A stretch of DNA of 64,000 nt from Callorhinchus milii (Eukaryota). The stretch is from positions 133,736,001 through 133,800,000 of the forward strand of contig NW_024704742.1 in the NCBI RefSeq assembly GCF_018977255.1, read 5' to 3'. The translations under genes were made by a program, and so were the position numbers. The notes beneath the pieces are model-generated. The model did no database searches. It was given only the letters and a program-made list of their open reading frames with translations, and was not told where the DNA came from. Positions 1-13,731 of this stretch are shown here, piece by piece; positions within the stretch are counted from its first letter, which is position 1, and each line of letters opens with the position of its first letter.

Positions 1-697
1 CAGCATCTGCCCTTAGGATATTTCGAAAATCTTTCTCAAAGGTTGAATCAAAGCTAGATGTGTATTTGGCCACTTCTTAGAGGGAAATTGCATCGAGTTG
101 CTTTCGTTGCTTTGGTCAGCCAGGTTCTTGATTCATGTGGAAACCCAGAACCATGCTTAAGACAATGGAAAAACAGCTTGATTATAGGCACTGAGACAGG
201 GCAGCTCACTCCAGGGAACAGAATGAGCACCCAAACTACAGTTTCTGAACGATTTCATAAGAATTGCATACACATGTTTCTTAGTCACACAGTGATTGCA
301 AAATCTCTTGGCAGTATCCCATGTTGGCAGTAAACCAGTACCTTTTGTTACTATTAATTCTGGGTTGAAAACAAGCTTTTGAGTCAAGGGATCTGGCGCT
401 TTGGCACGTACAAACCAACCAAATTTGTGTTTGCTGGGCTCGAGCACTCAGGTTGCTATTAATACATGGGTTCTGCGCCTGTGCTCATTGACATTTTGCA
501 GTTTGCACTGTGCTTCACAGACATTTAAGATTTGTTCTCCACCTGTGCAACAGACAAGCATTTGCAGAGGATGGGTCGTTAAGGGTGACGAGAAAAGAGC
601 AAGGAATTTGGCTTAGGGTAGATTGAACCGCTGAAATGTTCAGCACAAAAAAAGGCATTTTGACACTTCATGTGTGTTCTGGCTCATTGAAAGAGCC

Positions 698-985
698 AGA
701 GCACTTGCCCCGCAAGTGAGAGACTAGGTGGTTCGACTCCCGGCAGGGTGAAACCTTGGGCAAGTTTCCTTATTCCGCATGCCTGATAATAATCCCTCAA
801 GAAAAAAAGAATAAATTGGTCACTTCAATCAACGACTGATTGTGGGACACTGCTGTGCGCAATTGGCTGCCGTGTTTTGCCCACAAATATACAATTAATT
901 CACTTTACCGTATATTCTGTAAAGTGCTATGAGATGTCGAGAAGACGTGAAATGCGCTACATCAAATGCAAGGACTATTATTATT
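698..985 (+). mobile_element. tRNA-derived SINE, diverged
   Basis: gagcacttgcc..gttcgactcccggcaggg..aaatgcaaggactattatt. Confidence 0.85.
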
Positions 986-2174
986 AATCCATTACAATAA
1001 CAATAATAATATTCCTTGCATTTGATTTTGCAACTTATCACGTCATTGAGATGTCTCAAAATGCTTCACAGAATATAATGTAAAGTGGGTTGACTGTATT
1101 TTGTGGGTGAAATGCAGCAGCCAATTGTTCATTATCTGTCTATCTCTCCTTCGGATTAGAAAGCAACATTTACATAACATTTTAGATTTAAAAAATCCTC
1201 AAACAGTGTTTGATATACTGCATCATCTTTCATATCAGGAGAATGTGTTTCGCCCACACAACATGCAGTCAATTCACTTGACAGTATATTCTGTGAACGC
1301 TTTGAGACATCTTGAAGACATGATATTCAAGCTATATCAAATGCAAGGATTATTATTATGTTGCAACACGCTTCACAGGATCTGCTGTATGGTGACTATA
1401 TCTTTCAGGTGAACAAGGCAGCATATTTGCACACAAAAAGTCCCACAAACAATCTTGGAGTGAATGACCATTTTTATGTCAGGGAATGTTAACCAAGACA
1501 CCAGGAGAAACTCACTTCTCTTTTCATGGAGTGACATGGGATCTTTAATATCCACATGAACAGGCAGACAGGTCCTCGGTTGAACGTCTCACCTCTGAAA
1601 ATGCAATACTTCTCCAGCACTACATTGGAGTGTCAGCACAAGACTGAGACCCAACATGGGGATTGAACCCCCAACTTTCTGACTCAGGCTGACACAACAA
1701 GATGTTTAGTTTCCTCTTGCAAACTAATGGGACCTGTCTGGATCAACAGAGATAGATGGCTTCATGGGAGGAACAAACTACAACACTAATACAGTTCAGT
1801 CTTAATTTGGAAGCCGTTTTCCTCCACAGTTCTTAACCAGCTTCCGAATCAAGACTGAATTTGAGAATTTTCCACCATTCTGTACATCACTTAAATTGTA
1901 AGGTAAAATGTGTTAGCTGGAATTATACGTCTCCAATTTTTTTTAATATTCCTCTTATTTTTCAAACGACCAAGTTTACAATATGATTTACATTTATACA
2001 GCTCATTTCACGACAGGAAGGTGTCTCAAAATACGTGTTTCACAGTGCTATAAGGGCACGCAATTTGGGGGAGGTAGAAGTTGAGGGCAGTCAGATGGGA
2101 AAGGTGATTGAAAGCATGATCAAAGAAGTATGTTTAGAGACATGCCTTGAGGGAGGGAGGGAGGGAGGGAGTAA

Positions 2175-2680
2175 GATCCTCTCGCTCGTTTTCAAATCCC
2201 TTCAAACCCTGGCACCTCCCTCCCTATCTGACCTGCTTACCCCCCACTCTCCCACCCACTGCTTCCATTCGGCTGGCTCCGGCCTCCTGTTTGTCCCTCT
2301 TGCCCTCAGTTCCACCGTCGGTGGCTGTGCCTTCTGCCACTATGCCCTAAAATTCTGGAACTCTCTCCCTCAATCCCACCTTCTTGCCCGTTCCCTCCCC
2401 ACCTCCAAATTCCACCTGAAGACCTTTGTTTTTGATCGTGCTTACGGTCACCTCCCACCTCCCTCTCCACCTGGCTTGTTGTCAGACTCTACCACTGTGA
2501 AGTACTACGGGAAATTGGAATTGAAAGGATTCATTGAGGTACAGATCAGCCATGATCTAATTAAATGGCGGAACAGGGTCGAAAGGCAGAATTTTTCTTT
2601 TCCTTTTCTTTTCCTACATTCCTAGGGGATGCTACCCAGTGTGAAGAGCACTATATAGATGCAAGTTGTTGTTGTTGAGT
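2175..2680 (+). mobile_element. L2 3' fragment interrupted by a CR1 3' end (~2510-2625)
   Basis: KILSLVFKSL..FWNSLP..KFHLKTFVF (L2 ORF2 C-terminus), then gatcagccatgatctaattaaatggcggaacagg (CR1 3' end), then the L2 tail resumes to gttgttgttg. Confidence 0.8.
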
Positions 2681-3203
2681 AGTTGGAGGCAGCAGAATGG
2701 CTTAAAGCCCGCCTGCCGATGAGCACAAAACATTTAATTCCCTTTGGAAAGAACAAGGATTGGAAAAATAAAATTCCAAAGCTAGTACTTAATGGAAACT
2801 TTTACATGCTATATAAAGGCCAGCATTGTATTAAGTTAACACAAATAAGCAATAAATTAATGCTGACTGCTTCTTGTTTCTCAAGAGATTTACTAGCCAA
2901 AGCGGTGAACATTGCCAGCGCTAACACAGCACAAATCTGACACTATGGGTCCAATCTTACATATCTTGCATGTTTTGTTGATAATAATCTTTACATTTGG
3001 TACAGCATCATTCAAGTCAGGAAAATGAAACAAAGTGCTTCATAGGATATACTGTAAAGTGGAATGACTATGTGTTTGCGAACTCAGCATCCAATTAGTA
3101 CTCAACGATGACCCATAATGAACCATGAGATGAATGACCAATTTTATTTGGGGCATCAATGGCCAGGACACCGAGAGAAACTCCTTTCTCTTTTCGAATA
3201 ATT

Positions 3204-3951
3204 ATAGATTCATAGATTCATAGAATGTTACGGCACAGAAGGAGGCCATTCGGCCCATCGAGTCTGTGCCGGCTATTTGACAGAGCAAGTCACTTTCACT
3301 AACCCCAATCACCAGCTTTCTCCCCATAACCCTACAAACCCGTCTTCACCAGATACCTATCATCCACAACAACAACAAGATTCCATTTATAGAGCGCCTT
3401 TCACGTCGGGAGGACGTCCCAAAGAGCTGGACAGTTGGGTCAGGACCCGAGCAGGGCTGAAATAGTCAAGGTGTGGGGAGGGAAGGGAGGGGGTGAGGAG
3501 GGGGTAGAGAGTTGAAAGGGGAGCTGAAGGCACGGTCAAAGAGAAAGGTCTTGAGACCGGCCTTGAAGGAGGAAAGGGAGGAAGCAAGGCGAAGGCACTG
3601 GGGGATAGAGTTCTCTCTATCCAATTCTCTCTTAAAAGCTGTTATCGAATCGGACTTCACTACCATTTCAGGCAGATCATTCCAACTTCGAACAATTCGC
3701 TGAGTGAAAACATTTCTTCCAACCTCCCCTCTGCTTCTTTTGGTAGATATCTTAAGACTGTGACCACGAGTCACAGACACACCTACCAGAGGAAACAGCT
3801 TTTCCTTATCTAGCCTGTCGAAACCTTTCATGATCTTGAAGACCTCTATCAGGTCCCTGCGTAACCTTCTCTGCTCTAATGGGAAACGTCCTAACTTCTC
3901 CAGCCTGACCTCATAGCTAAGGTTCCCCATTCCTGGTATCATTCTCGTGAA
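3204..3951 (-). mobile_element. CR1 LINE 3' portion (split by L2 at 3366-3613)
   Basis: RMIPGMGNLSYEVRLEKLG..LEQRRLRRDLIEVFKIMKGFD..FTQRIVRSWNDLP (CR1 ORF2 C-terminus), with an 8-nt tail repeat atagattc at 3204. Confidence 0.9.
3366..3613 (-). mobile_element. L2 3' end inserted in a CR1
   Basis: (CAA)n tail, shared 3' stem-loop and LSSFKAGLKTFLFDRAF; closely similar to 39408-39700. Confidence 0.88.
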
Positions 3952-4779
3952 ACGCCATGGGATCTTTAACATCCACCTAAATAGGCAGACAGGATCTTGG
4001 TTTAAAGTCTCATCTGAAGGACTGTGATGCCAATAATACAACATCCCCCAGCACCGCACTTAAGTGTCAGCTTAGACTGTGAGTTCAAAGTCGTGACGTG
4101 GGGCTTGAATCCACGACTTTCTGACTCAGATGTGATAAAAGAGTCCCAGCGTCCTGGCTTCACCCACCGTTCCTGCTAACCCTGTTCCAGTCATTAATTA
4201 TCCTTTTGGGTAACAATATACTTATTGTCTATCCATAAATTGCTCTTTGCAACTCTAAACCCGTTTCCTCTTGTTCCGCTGTTTTAATGCATCCAAAAGT
4301 ATTTTCCAAGGTCTATTTTCTTAATCCCTTATGTGCGAGGCCAGGCAGTGAGTTGACGGGTTGGGAAACGTGACGGATGAGCCTGTTTGTCATTTGATTT
4401 CCACTCAAGTGCACTTTTCTGCAGGGTCACTGGATAATCATTTGAGGAGTAGGAACTCTGGCTGAATTATCCTTTACTTACCTTAAGGGCTCAGAAGGCA
4501 ATTACAGTAAAACTCAATACTGGTAGGGCTGGTAAAAACACAGACTGGGGATTGAACCTGGGACCTGTATGACAAATTTGTGTTACTTTTATCAGGTAAA
4601 ATTTCAACATTCAGCTTGTGGCAAAGGCTATTCATAACATTTTAGTAACCGCAATATTGAGTAGGTGCTCTGCATTAATCGAGGTCCCGTTTGCCTGTTC
4701 AGTTCGATGTTAAAGATCAGTACATTACTGCTTGGAAAGGGAGTTTCTTCTGGTGTCCTGGTCACAATCACCTTCCAAT

Positions 4780-5343
4780 AACAACAACAACAACAAGATT
4801 ACATTTGTATAGCGCCTTTCACATCAGGAGGACGTCCCAAGGCACTGGACAGAGTACAGCATTTCAGACCCGAGCTGGGGTTGGGGGGGAAAGGGAGGGG
4901 AGGGGAAGGTGGTGCCCGATGGCACGGTCGAAGAGGAGGGTCTTGAGGGGGGACTTGAAGGAGGCTAAGGAGGGGGCGAGACAGACTGACTGGGGGATGA
5001 AATTCCAGAGGTTGGGGGCAGAGTGGCTGAAGGCTCTCCCGACAATGGTGGTGCGGGTGGGGCGGGGGACGTGGAGCAGCCAGAGCCGGCTGAGTGGAGG
5101 GAACGGATGGGTTGGTAGGGGGTTAGAAGATCGCAGAGATAGGTGGGGCGAGGCCTTGGAGGCTTTGTATGTGAGGACCAGGATCTTGAACTGGATCCTC
5201 TGAAGGATAGGAGCCAGTGGAGTCGAGCGAGAGTGGGGGAGATGGGGTCACGGAGTTTGGTGCGGGAGAAGACACGGGCTGCAGAGTTCTGAATTATCTG
5301 CAGACTGTGGAGGGAGGAATTGGGAAGGCCGACAAGCAGGGCG
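4780..5343 (-). mobile_element. L2 3' fragment
   Basis: (CAA)n tail, 3' stem-loop and purine-rich antisense ORF2 C-terminus. Confidence 0.85.
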
Positions 5344-7210
5344 TTTGCAATAAAATGGGCTGTTCACTTAATGGCTGTTTGTGAGACTCTATTGTGTGCA
5401 AATGAACAGCTGCATTCACATACAAATAGGAACAGCTGCATTCACCTGCAATGTCTCAACGATGTGATAAGGCACTATATCAAATGCAAGGATTATTATT
5501 ATGTTAAATATCCCACAGCTCTATTCGAAAGGGAGTTTTATTGGTATTTCAGCATACATTCCCCTCAGGTAATATTGGTTTTCATTCCATGGCTGTTTGT
5601 GGAACATTGCTGTACACAAATTGCCATGATTTTGAAATCAATGTGAAAGGCACTGTACTAAATGTAAGGTTTATTTGATGTTTCCTTTATAAGAGTGATA
5701 TTCATCTCATCCTGAGAACTGAACAGTGTAAGGTACATATTAACCACATAGCAAAATGGACCTGTGCTTGGGGTGGAGCTCCAGCACGCATTATGATTAG
5801 GTTGAATGAATCAGTATTGTATCAATATTGGGGGTATCAATCCCTTCAAAAATAAATGAATAAAAATAATAATAATTTGGTCATTGAATCCATGACTGTT
5901 TGTGGGATGCTGCTCTATGCAATTGGGCTGTCGCGTTTCACCCACAAAATATATAGTCAATTCACTTTACAGTATATTCCGTGAAGCTCTTTGAGATCGT
6001 TTGAAGACAACAGCAACTTGCATTTATACAGCACCCTTCACGCTGGGTAGCATCTTGGTGCGCTTCAAGATGTGATAAGGCGCTATATCAAATGCAAGGA
6101 TTATATTACTATTATTATTTTGGCTCCAAGGCCAGTGCTGGAGATTGCATGACTTAAATCAGTGACTAAAATGGGGTAGGGAGGCGGTGATAGTCGGGGT
6201 GAATTCTCAGTGATTTTGCCACTGTTTCATTCATGTTGACTGGTTCTCAAGTGGATTTTGTTTGACATATGCTGTTTGCCTCACTTCTCACTCATTGAAA
6301 TATTTGCTTGAAGGAAGCAATCTCCTAAATGATTCTGTGTGTATCAGATCCACACTGAATGTTTCTACTTATTGTTGAGTCCCAAACCAGAGGACATACA
6401 TATAAGATAGCCAGTGGTAATGATAAGATAATTACCCTTGCATTTTGAATATAGTGGCTTCTCACACCCCGAGTGCTTCCCAGGATTTTACTTTAAAGTG
6501 TAGTGACTGTGTGTTTTGTGGGTGAAATGCGGCATCCAGTTGCGCACAGCAATATTGAACAAACATCTATGGAGAAAAACTCCCTTTGCCATTCAAGTAA
6601 TGCCATGGGATCTTGCTGTTTGTGGGTCATTGCTGTGCACAATTGCCACCTTTGTTCACCTCCAAAACTCTTTTGAGTCATCCCAGTGTGAAAGGGACTC
6701 CATTAAAGGCACATTTATTGTGGTTAGCTATTTACAGCTATAGATAGATAAACATCTCTGTTCCTTCCTCTATATAACATATTAGGCCTTGCCCTCAATA
6801 AGACAGATGCTTCTTATCAACTCCCTCTATGTCTCAGGCCCCTCACAGCCTCATTAATCTGCAGTATTTTCACTCTAAAGAAATTGGTTTGTTTGGCTCG
6901 AACATAAGCAAAAAATGTTCCTTTGGACAATAACCCCTGTGCCTTTCACATTGAGAGGACATCTCAAAGCGCTGCACAGAATATACAATAGTGAATGTGT
7001 ATTCATAGGCAATCCAACAGCCAATTTGTAGACAGCAAAGTTCCATAAGCAGCCACAAGGGAATAAACAATTTTTATCTGGAGGCATATCGGCCAGCAGA
7101 CCGAGAGAATCACCCGTCTCTTTTTGAATAGTGCTGTGGAATCTTTGACATTTACCACAACACAGCCTCTGAAACAGAAAGTTAAACGTCTCATTCGAAG
7201 GATGGCACGT

Positions 7211-7528
7211 GGAGTCCTGTAGCTCAGTGGTTAGAGCACTCGCTTTGCAAGCGAGAGACCTGAGTTCAATTCCAGGCAGAGGGCGAAACCTTGGGCAAGT
7301 TTCCTTACTCCACACAGAGCCTAATAATAATCCCTCCAAAACCAAAAACAATAATAAATTGTCATTTTTAATTCTACGACTGTTTGTGGGACATTGCTGT
7401 GCGCAATTGGCTGCTGCCTTCGCTCACAAATATACAGTCAATTCACTTTACAGTGTGTTCTGTGAAGCGCTTTGGGACGTCCTCCCGAAGTGAAAAGCGC
7501 TATATCAAATGCAAGGATTATTATTATT
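7211..7528 (+). mobile_element. Full-length young tRNA-Ala-derived SINE
   Basis: A box tagctcagtgg, anticodon arm ctcgc-tttgcaa-gcgag, B box gttcaattc, Deu-like 3' body, L2-type tail and (ATT)n; inserted inside an older Deu SINE. Confidence 0.95.
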
Positions 7529-9284
7529 GTTATAACAATGCAGTGCTCCTCCACCACTGTTTCTGGAGTGTCAGCCTGGACAATATGAGCTCAAAGTCCA
7601 GACATGGGGTTTAAACCAACAGCTTTCTGTCTCAGAGGTGATAGTCATAGTGAGTGAGGCAGTAGAGGAGGGTGTTATGCAGTTGTAAAGTTATATTCCT
7701 TCCAAAAATAAGAATAATTTTGTCAATTCAATCCATGACTGTTTGTGGGACACGGTTTTGCGCAATTGGCTGCCACATTTTGCCCACAAAATACACAGAC
7801 AATTCACTTTACAGTGTATTCTGTGAAGCCCTTTGAGACATCTCGAAGCACTATAGCAAATGCAGGATTATTATTATATTATTATAACTCTTAATCCAAT
7901 AACTACGCAGCACCAATGGACATCAATCAAATCTCAGCTTTGCCGAGATGTATAATGGTGTAAATCAAGATCAATGCCTCAGTTATTTCTTCATTTGATG
8001 TTCAAGTTAGTTCAGGATAAATCCTGGTCCTGGTAAAGGTTGGTGTAAAGTATCAGCAGAACATTGTATTCCTGAGAGATCTCGCCCACAAATATATGGT
8101 CAATTCACTTTACAGTCTATTCTGTGAAGCGCTTTGAGACGTCGAAAAGAAGTAAAAAGCGCTATATCAAATGCAAGGATTATTATTATTATCTTTCTCT
8201 AATTCTAGATTTTTAGCCCCTGTTTACTCATCACTTCCACTTTTGTTTGCTAGAATTGCAAGGTCATCTTTAATATATTGATAATCCTTAGGTTTGGTAC
8301 TGTGCTTTGCCTTTCGTGTCAGCAGGAATCCCAAGGTCCGCTTCATAAGATACACTATAAAATCCAATGAATGTGTGTTTCATGGGTGAAAGCAGGAGGC
8401 AATTTGCATATAGCAGTGTCGCACAAACAGTCATGAAGCGAATAATCTCCTTTAATTAGGATATTGTTGGCAAAGAGACTGGCAATATTCCCTTCTCTTT
8501 TTGAATAGTCCCACAGGATCTTTAATGTCCATCTGAATAGGCAGAAGGGGCCTCAGTTTCAACGTCTCAACCAAAGGACGGAACCTCCATCACTGCGTTG
8601 GAGTTTCAGCTCAGACAATAGGAGTCACCAGTTCTGATGTAGGGCTTACATCCACAACCTTCTGACTCAGAGACAGCTAAGAGACTCAGGCTCATACACC
8701 ACAAAAAAAATCACTTAAGGGGAATTTAATATATAATAATAATCCTTACAATTTAAGTGGTACCTGTGTTCAAGAGACATGTCCTCTTGTTGCAAATTGC
8801 ACGACACTATTTACAATCAAGGGGATTTCTCTTGGTATCCCAGGAGGCAGTGCCCATTTAATCTCATTTTTCCAGATCATCCACCCTGACTTCTTCCCAA
8901 GAAATAGCATCAAGCCGAACCTCAAGCATTTCCTTCTTTCCCAAATGAACCCAGCAGCAGGGGTTTAGACTTTCAAATGGGCAATTTCAGGGCAGACGTC
9001 AGGACCGAAGGGCATTTTTCACGGAACTGACTTGTGATCTTGTGTGGTGGTCCCTAGTCTGGTTCTTGAGCCAGGTGGGTCCGCAGTATTCCAGGGCACT
9101 GCTGATAACTCCATAGTCAGCCTGGTTCATTGGCAGCCCCTGGAAGGGCAGATCAATCATTGCAGGCAGGCAATCAACCCACTCAGTCCCAGTTAACCCT
9201 GCAAGCCAAAGCCCTAACAGTTAGGGTGATCTTAGCTGGACAAACAGTGGGAAAACTTGCCAGACAGCAATGTGAATGGCTAAC

Positions 9285-9530
9285 TGGTTAGGCTCCAGCA
9301 ATTCCCCAACGCACACTCTGGGGTACCCAAGCCTTGGCTCTTGCCAACCTGTGCCTAATACTTTCCAGGATTAGGTAAGCAGGATGCGTCCTCCAGGGAT
9401 GAGTACGCATTCCATTCCAACAATCTGTCTCTGGGATTTCCATGTATAGGTGGGATGCATGCAATTCTCAGTGTGGTTTGGATACTCTTAAGCATGGTGA
9501 TGGGTTTCTTTATGTGCCAGACACCCCAAA
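9285..9530 (-). repeat. Unclassified ~280-bp dispersed repeat (family X)
   Basis: Aligns by eye with 15405, 19060, 28385 and 33835; strand is arbitrary, with + defined by the 15405 copy. Confidence 0.75.
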
Positions 9531-11167
9531 ATATGATGCCCTTTGTTTAGTGGACTGCACTGTTTCGACTCAGCAATAATAACACAGTGGATCTGAGTAC
9601 TTTGTTCATCTGAACACCCTTTGATGTAAGTGACGTAATTGCACGGGATGCTTATCGCTACCAGCTTTTGACTATCAGTACACTGTAATGATATTCTAAT
9701 CACTAATGGAGAGGTATTTGCCTCAACATTTTAATATGAGTGGGATTTTGGAAGTAAGTTTATCTCAGTCAGTCTCCCAGAAATGCAATCAGTCTCTCAA
9801 TAACACGCAGTCTCTCAATAACACAGAGGTGATGTAAGTCTTAGCTAGAATAATTTTTTATTTGAAAGAGATCATTGTTAATATCTTTACTGAGCTGTGC
9901 AATAATAACTTGGTATTTGTATTAATATTATATTTGTCTGAAATATGCTTTAGAACCTATAAATCCCTTAATGCACTAGTACGTCACTCTCCCTCCCACC
10001 TCACCCCTCTGCTTGTCTGCTCCTCTCAGCTAACTTGGGTTGCCCACCCTAACCATGACAACATGGGTGCCCTCTAGAACTCCATTCCTCTCCCCATCTG
10101 TCTTCCCCTCTCTATTTGTCTTCAAGCCCACCTTAACTCCTACTTGCGAATGTGCTTATGGTCACCTCGCCCTTTCCACTCTACCCTCTCACTGTCCATC
10201 CCACCACTGTAAAACTCTGTGAAGAACGATATATAAATTCAATTTGTTGTATGACGCATTTGTTATAATAATAATCTTTCCATTTGGGTATAGCGCCTTT
10301 CAAATCAGAAAGGCGTCTCAAAGGGCTTCACAGGATAAACTATAAAACGTAGTGACTGTGAATATTGTACATGAACGCAGCAAGCAATTTTGTTTACAGC
10401 AAAATCCCATATACATTATTCTGGCTTACAGTCCCCCAGATAAAATCAATCTCTCACTGCATGGCTGTTTGTGGGCCATTACAGCACACAAATTGACTTC
10501 CTTGTTTGCCTGCAAATACATAGTCACCACAGGTTGCAGTAAAAAGAACACACAAAAAAATTTGGTCACAAATCCATGGCTGCCGCATTTTGCCCACAAA
10601 AATATACAGTCAAAACACTTTAGTGTATTCTGTGAAGTGCTTGAGATGACTTAATTATGTAATGAGGCACTATATCAAATGCAAGGATTATTATTCTTAT
10701 TAAATACTGTCCACTTTAGGACATCGCCTGACATGAAAGGCGCTGTACAAAATGTAAGGATTCTTATCCATTGTTTAACATCGAACTGACAGTGTAGTGT
10801 GGAACTCAGCCTGTATGCTGCCTCAGCCTTTTACATACAACTTATATAAACTCATAAAACGTTTCAACAAGGATGTAAACAAGAGAGGCAAAGACGTGGA
10901 AGATAAACAACAGAGCGAGTTCCTGTATAATTCAATCGCTCTTCCGGTTATGTACCTGTCCTCACCCACAAAATGTTTCGGTAAATCATGCCCTGTTGCG
11001 TCTCCTATCAAAGTGATGTAAAATTTGATGCTAACTCCTTGTTGATTTATTACGGTGACCATTTCAATTTCTGCAGGGGTCTTGCAGAGCACAGGCTGTT
11101 CAGAAACCTGGATTTATCGGTGAAGTTCCCACCACACCTAGTGGTGAATAACATGGGACTTAAATGT

Positions 11168-11625
11168 CAGCCTGGCACACTCTCCTCGGAATCAAAGGTT
11201 GTTGGTTTAAGCCCCACGTCTGGACTTTGAGCTAAGACTCTGGGCTAATATTCCAGTGTAGTGTTGGGGAAGAGTTGGGACATCCTCCCGATGTGAAAGG
11301 CGATAAATGTAATTTTGTTGTTGCATTGTTAGAGGTGTTGTTCTTCAGATGAGACATTAAATCAAGTCTCTGCCTGCCTGTTCAGGTGGACGTTAAAGTT
11401 CCCACGGCAATACTCAGAAAGAGAAGGGAGTTTCTTCTGGTGCCCTGGCCAACAATCCCCTAAATAAAATTGGCCAATTTGTGGCTTTTTTGTGGAACGT
11501 TGCTGTGTGCAAATGGGCTGCCACAAATACAGTCATTTCACTTTACAGCAAATTCAGTAAAGCACTTTCAGACATCCTCCTGATGTGAAAGGCGCTATAG
11601 CAAATGCCAAGGACTATTATTATTG
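11168..11625 (+). mobile_element. Deu-domain SINE (SacSINE1/AmnSINE1-like)
   Basis: gatgagacattaaatc..gcctgttcaggtggacgttaaag.tccca.ggca..ggtgccctggccaac. Confidence 0.8.
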
Positions 11626-11935
11626 TTATGATGAATCAGGTTGACATGTAGCAGGTGGAAGTGCTTCAACCACATGAATGTGCAAAGCTGCTTTGGCTGA
11701 AAAGTAAGAATCAGCCTCCAATACTTTTTAATTAAAATGCCTGGCTTCCCCAGCACTGTGACTGCTGCTGCTGTCACAAGGATGATTTGATTTTTCTGGC
11801 AGGTTATCGAGAGCACCCGTTCGCACGTTTATGTGCAAACAGAGCAAATTAGGTGCTTGCTGGAGTCAGCTTGGCAACTTTGCAAAAAAAAACAAAAAAA
11901 TACCAGCAGCACGAGTAATCTTCAATTGCCCTGAT

Positions 11936-12272
11936 CATAGAAACACAGAAACGGAAGCAGGACATTCAGCCCCTCGAGCCTGTTCCATCATTCTATAAGA
12001 TCGTGGCTGATCTGTACCTCAAATTCAATAACCTGCCCTCGCCCATATCCCTTAATATCCTGACCTAACAAATAGCGATTCACCTCAGTTTTGAAGAGGT
12101 GAATGGATCCAGCATCCACAGCCTTTTGGGGGAAGGAATTCCAGATTTCTGTTACCTTTTGGGTAAAAAATTGCCTCCTGACTTCATTTCTAAGTGGCCT
12201 AGCTCTAAGTTTAATATTATGCCCTCTTGTTCTGGATTCCCCTACCTGAGGAAATAGTTTCTCTGTACCACT
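11936..12272 (-). mobile_element. CR1 3' fragment
   Basis: catagaaac..cattcagcccctcgagcctgttcc..gaattccaga, typical of the antisense CR1 3' end; similar to 59406-59625. Confidence 0.8.
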
Positions 12273-12538
12273 CAGTGTGTGTGGTCGTGGGGAAGCTACT
12301 CTGTGAATAAGAGAGCTGTGAGTCTCTCACCCACTCCCTCAGATCAGCAAACTCAGGACTGCTGTGTACCCCTCCACCTACCCGACTCCCCATTCCCAAC
12401 ACTGGCAGCCAAGCTTCCGTCCACTCCCTGATCACTGGAACTTCCTCCCCAAACCTCTCCACCTCACACCGATTCTCCTTGTTTTCAACACTTCTAAAAC
12501 CCGCTTATTTGACTGTGCACTTGGTCACCACCTCATGA

Positions 12539-12844
12539 TAATAATAATCCTTGCATTTGATATACACCTTATCACGTTGTTGAGATAGCTTTAAGCGCTT
12601 CACGGAATATATTGTAACGTGAATTGACTGTGCAATCCAAACAGTCGTGGATCCGTGACCAGTTTTGTTTTGGAGGGATTATTGCCCTCGGAAAGCAACT
12701 ATCAACCTGGTCCCTACTTACTACTAAGTAAACAGAGGTGTGTGGAGTAAGAAAACTTGCCTAAGGCTTCGCCCTGCCAGAGAACCAAACCCGGGACCTC
12801 TTGTTTGCGAGGCGAGCGCACAAACCACTATGCTACGGGACTCC
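12539..12844 (-). mobile_element. tRNA-derived SINE, diverged
   Basis: Antisense tail, insert and head ending in gctacgggactcc. Confidence 0.8.
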
Positions 12845-13731
12845 TACAAGATAGTTAACTCCATACCTTCCTACCTACCTTCCTCTCTCATCCACCACCA
12901 CCAACACCCCGTCTCCCCACCGCCCTGGTTTCTGCGCTGTCAATGTGAAGCACATTGAGACATTATCTTACATTCTGGCATCAGTCTGGTTCAGTTGGTA
13001 GCACTCTCATCTACACTGGAATGAGTTCAAAGTTCCAGCGTGGGGCTTGACCTTAACTGTGCTGTCAACTGAGCCAGGCTGACACCCGAGTTAGCAGAAC
13101 AGCGCTATGGTAATTTGAATTTGTGTTGATGGAAAAAAGCACCTTTAAGCTGGGCTCATACTGTGCAATGAGCACAGAGACACAGTGGGAGTCTGAGCAT
13201 ACTGACCGTCTGGCTTAACCAAGCCTGTTAATAATGTTGTCCTGTCTCCCCTTATGATTTAATCAACATTGACTCCAATATCATGTTGCTTTATGAGCTG
13301 CATCTGTTCGCTTTTGGGAAACTATGGCAACCGTTCATTCATCCCCGTTTAAAGCATGGAATAGGATATGCAGTGCACGGTGAAAAACATAGGGGTACTT
13401 TTGTAACTGTTTTGGAGTGGAGTGTATTCAGTCTATTCAGATGATCTCTTTAATATCTCAATCTGTTCACAAAATAGTAAATAGCAACCCAGTCGGTTAG
13501 TCGATTGCCGGTTCGCTTTCCTAAGGTTATAATCCATCAAAAAAAAATCTGGTCACTTAATCCACAAATGTTTGTCGGACACTGCTGTGCACAAATTGTC
13601 AAATTGGCTGCCACGTTTTGCCCACAAAATATAGAGTCAATCCACTGTACAGTATATTCCATGAAGCACTTTGTGATGTCTCAATAACATGATAAAGTGC
13701 TATATCAAATGCAAGGATTATTATTATTTAG

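Larger units (their letters stand above)
2980..4135 (-). mobile_element. Deu-domain SINE split by the CR1/L2 insertion
   Basis: ccaggacaccgagagaaactcc..ttttcgaata (to 3200) continues as gccatgggatctttaacatccacc (from 3953). Confidence 0.75.

Noticed and set aside
7211..7280. tRNA-Ala gene (also at 27204, 49112, 56809, 58769)
   Set aside because: The tRNA-like head runs directly into the SINE body and tail and lacks a proper acceptor stem, so these are SINE heads.
7209..7614. Recurring ORFs with [14 protein letters not shown] / KRYIKCKDYYY as a gene family
   Set aside because: All are translations of the same SINE body.
10823..11110. Minus-strand ORF MVTVINQQGVSIKFYITLIGDATGHDLPKHFVGEDR with a possible donor
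   Set aside because: No recognisable homology and no partner exons; it is antisense within the ADAMTS7 intron.
13320..13335. RFX X-box-like ctatggcaac
   Set aside because: Only one good half-site and no promoter context.
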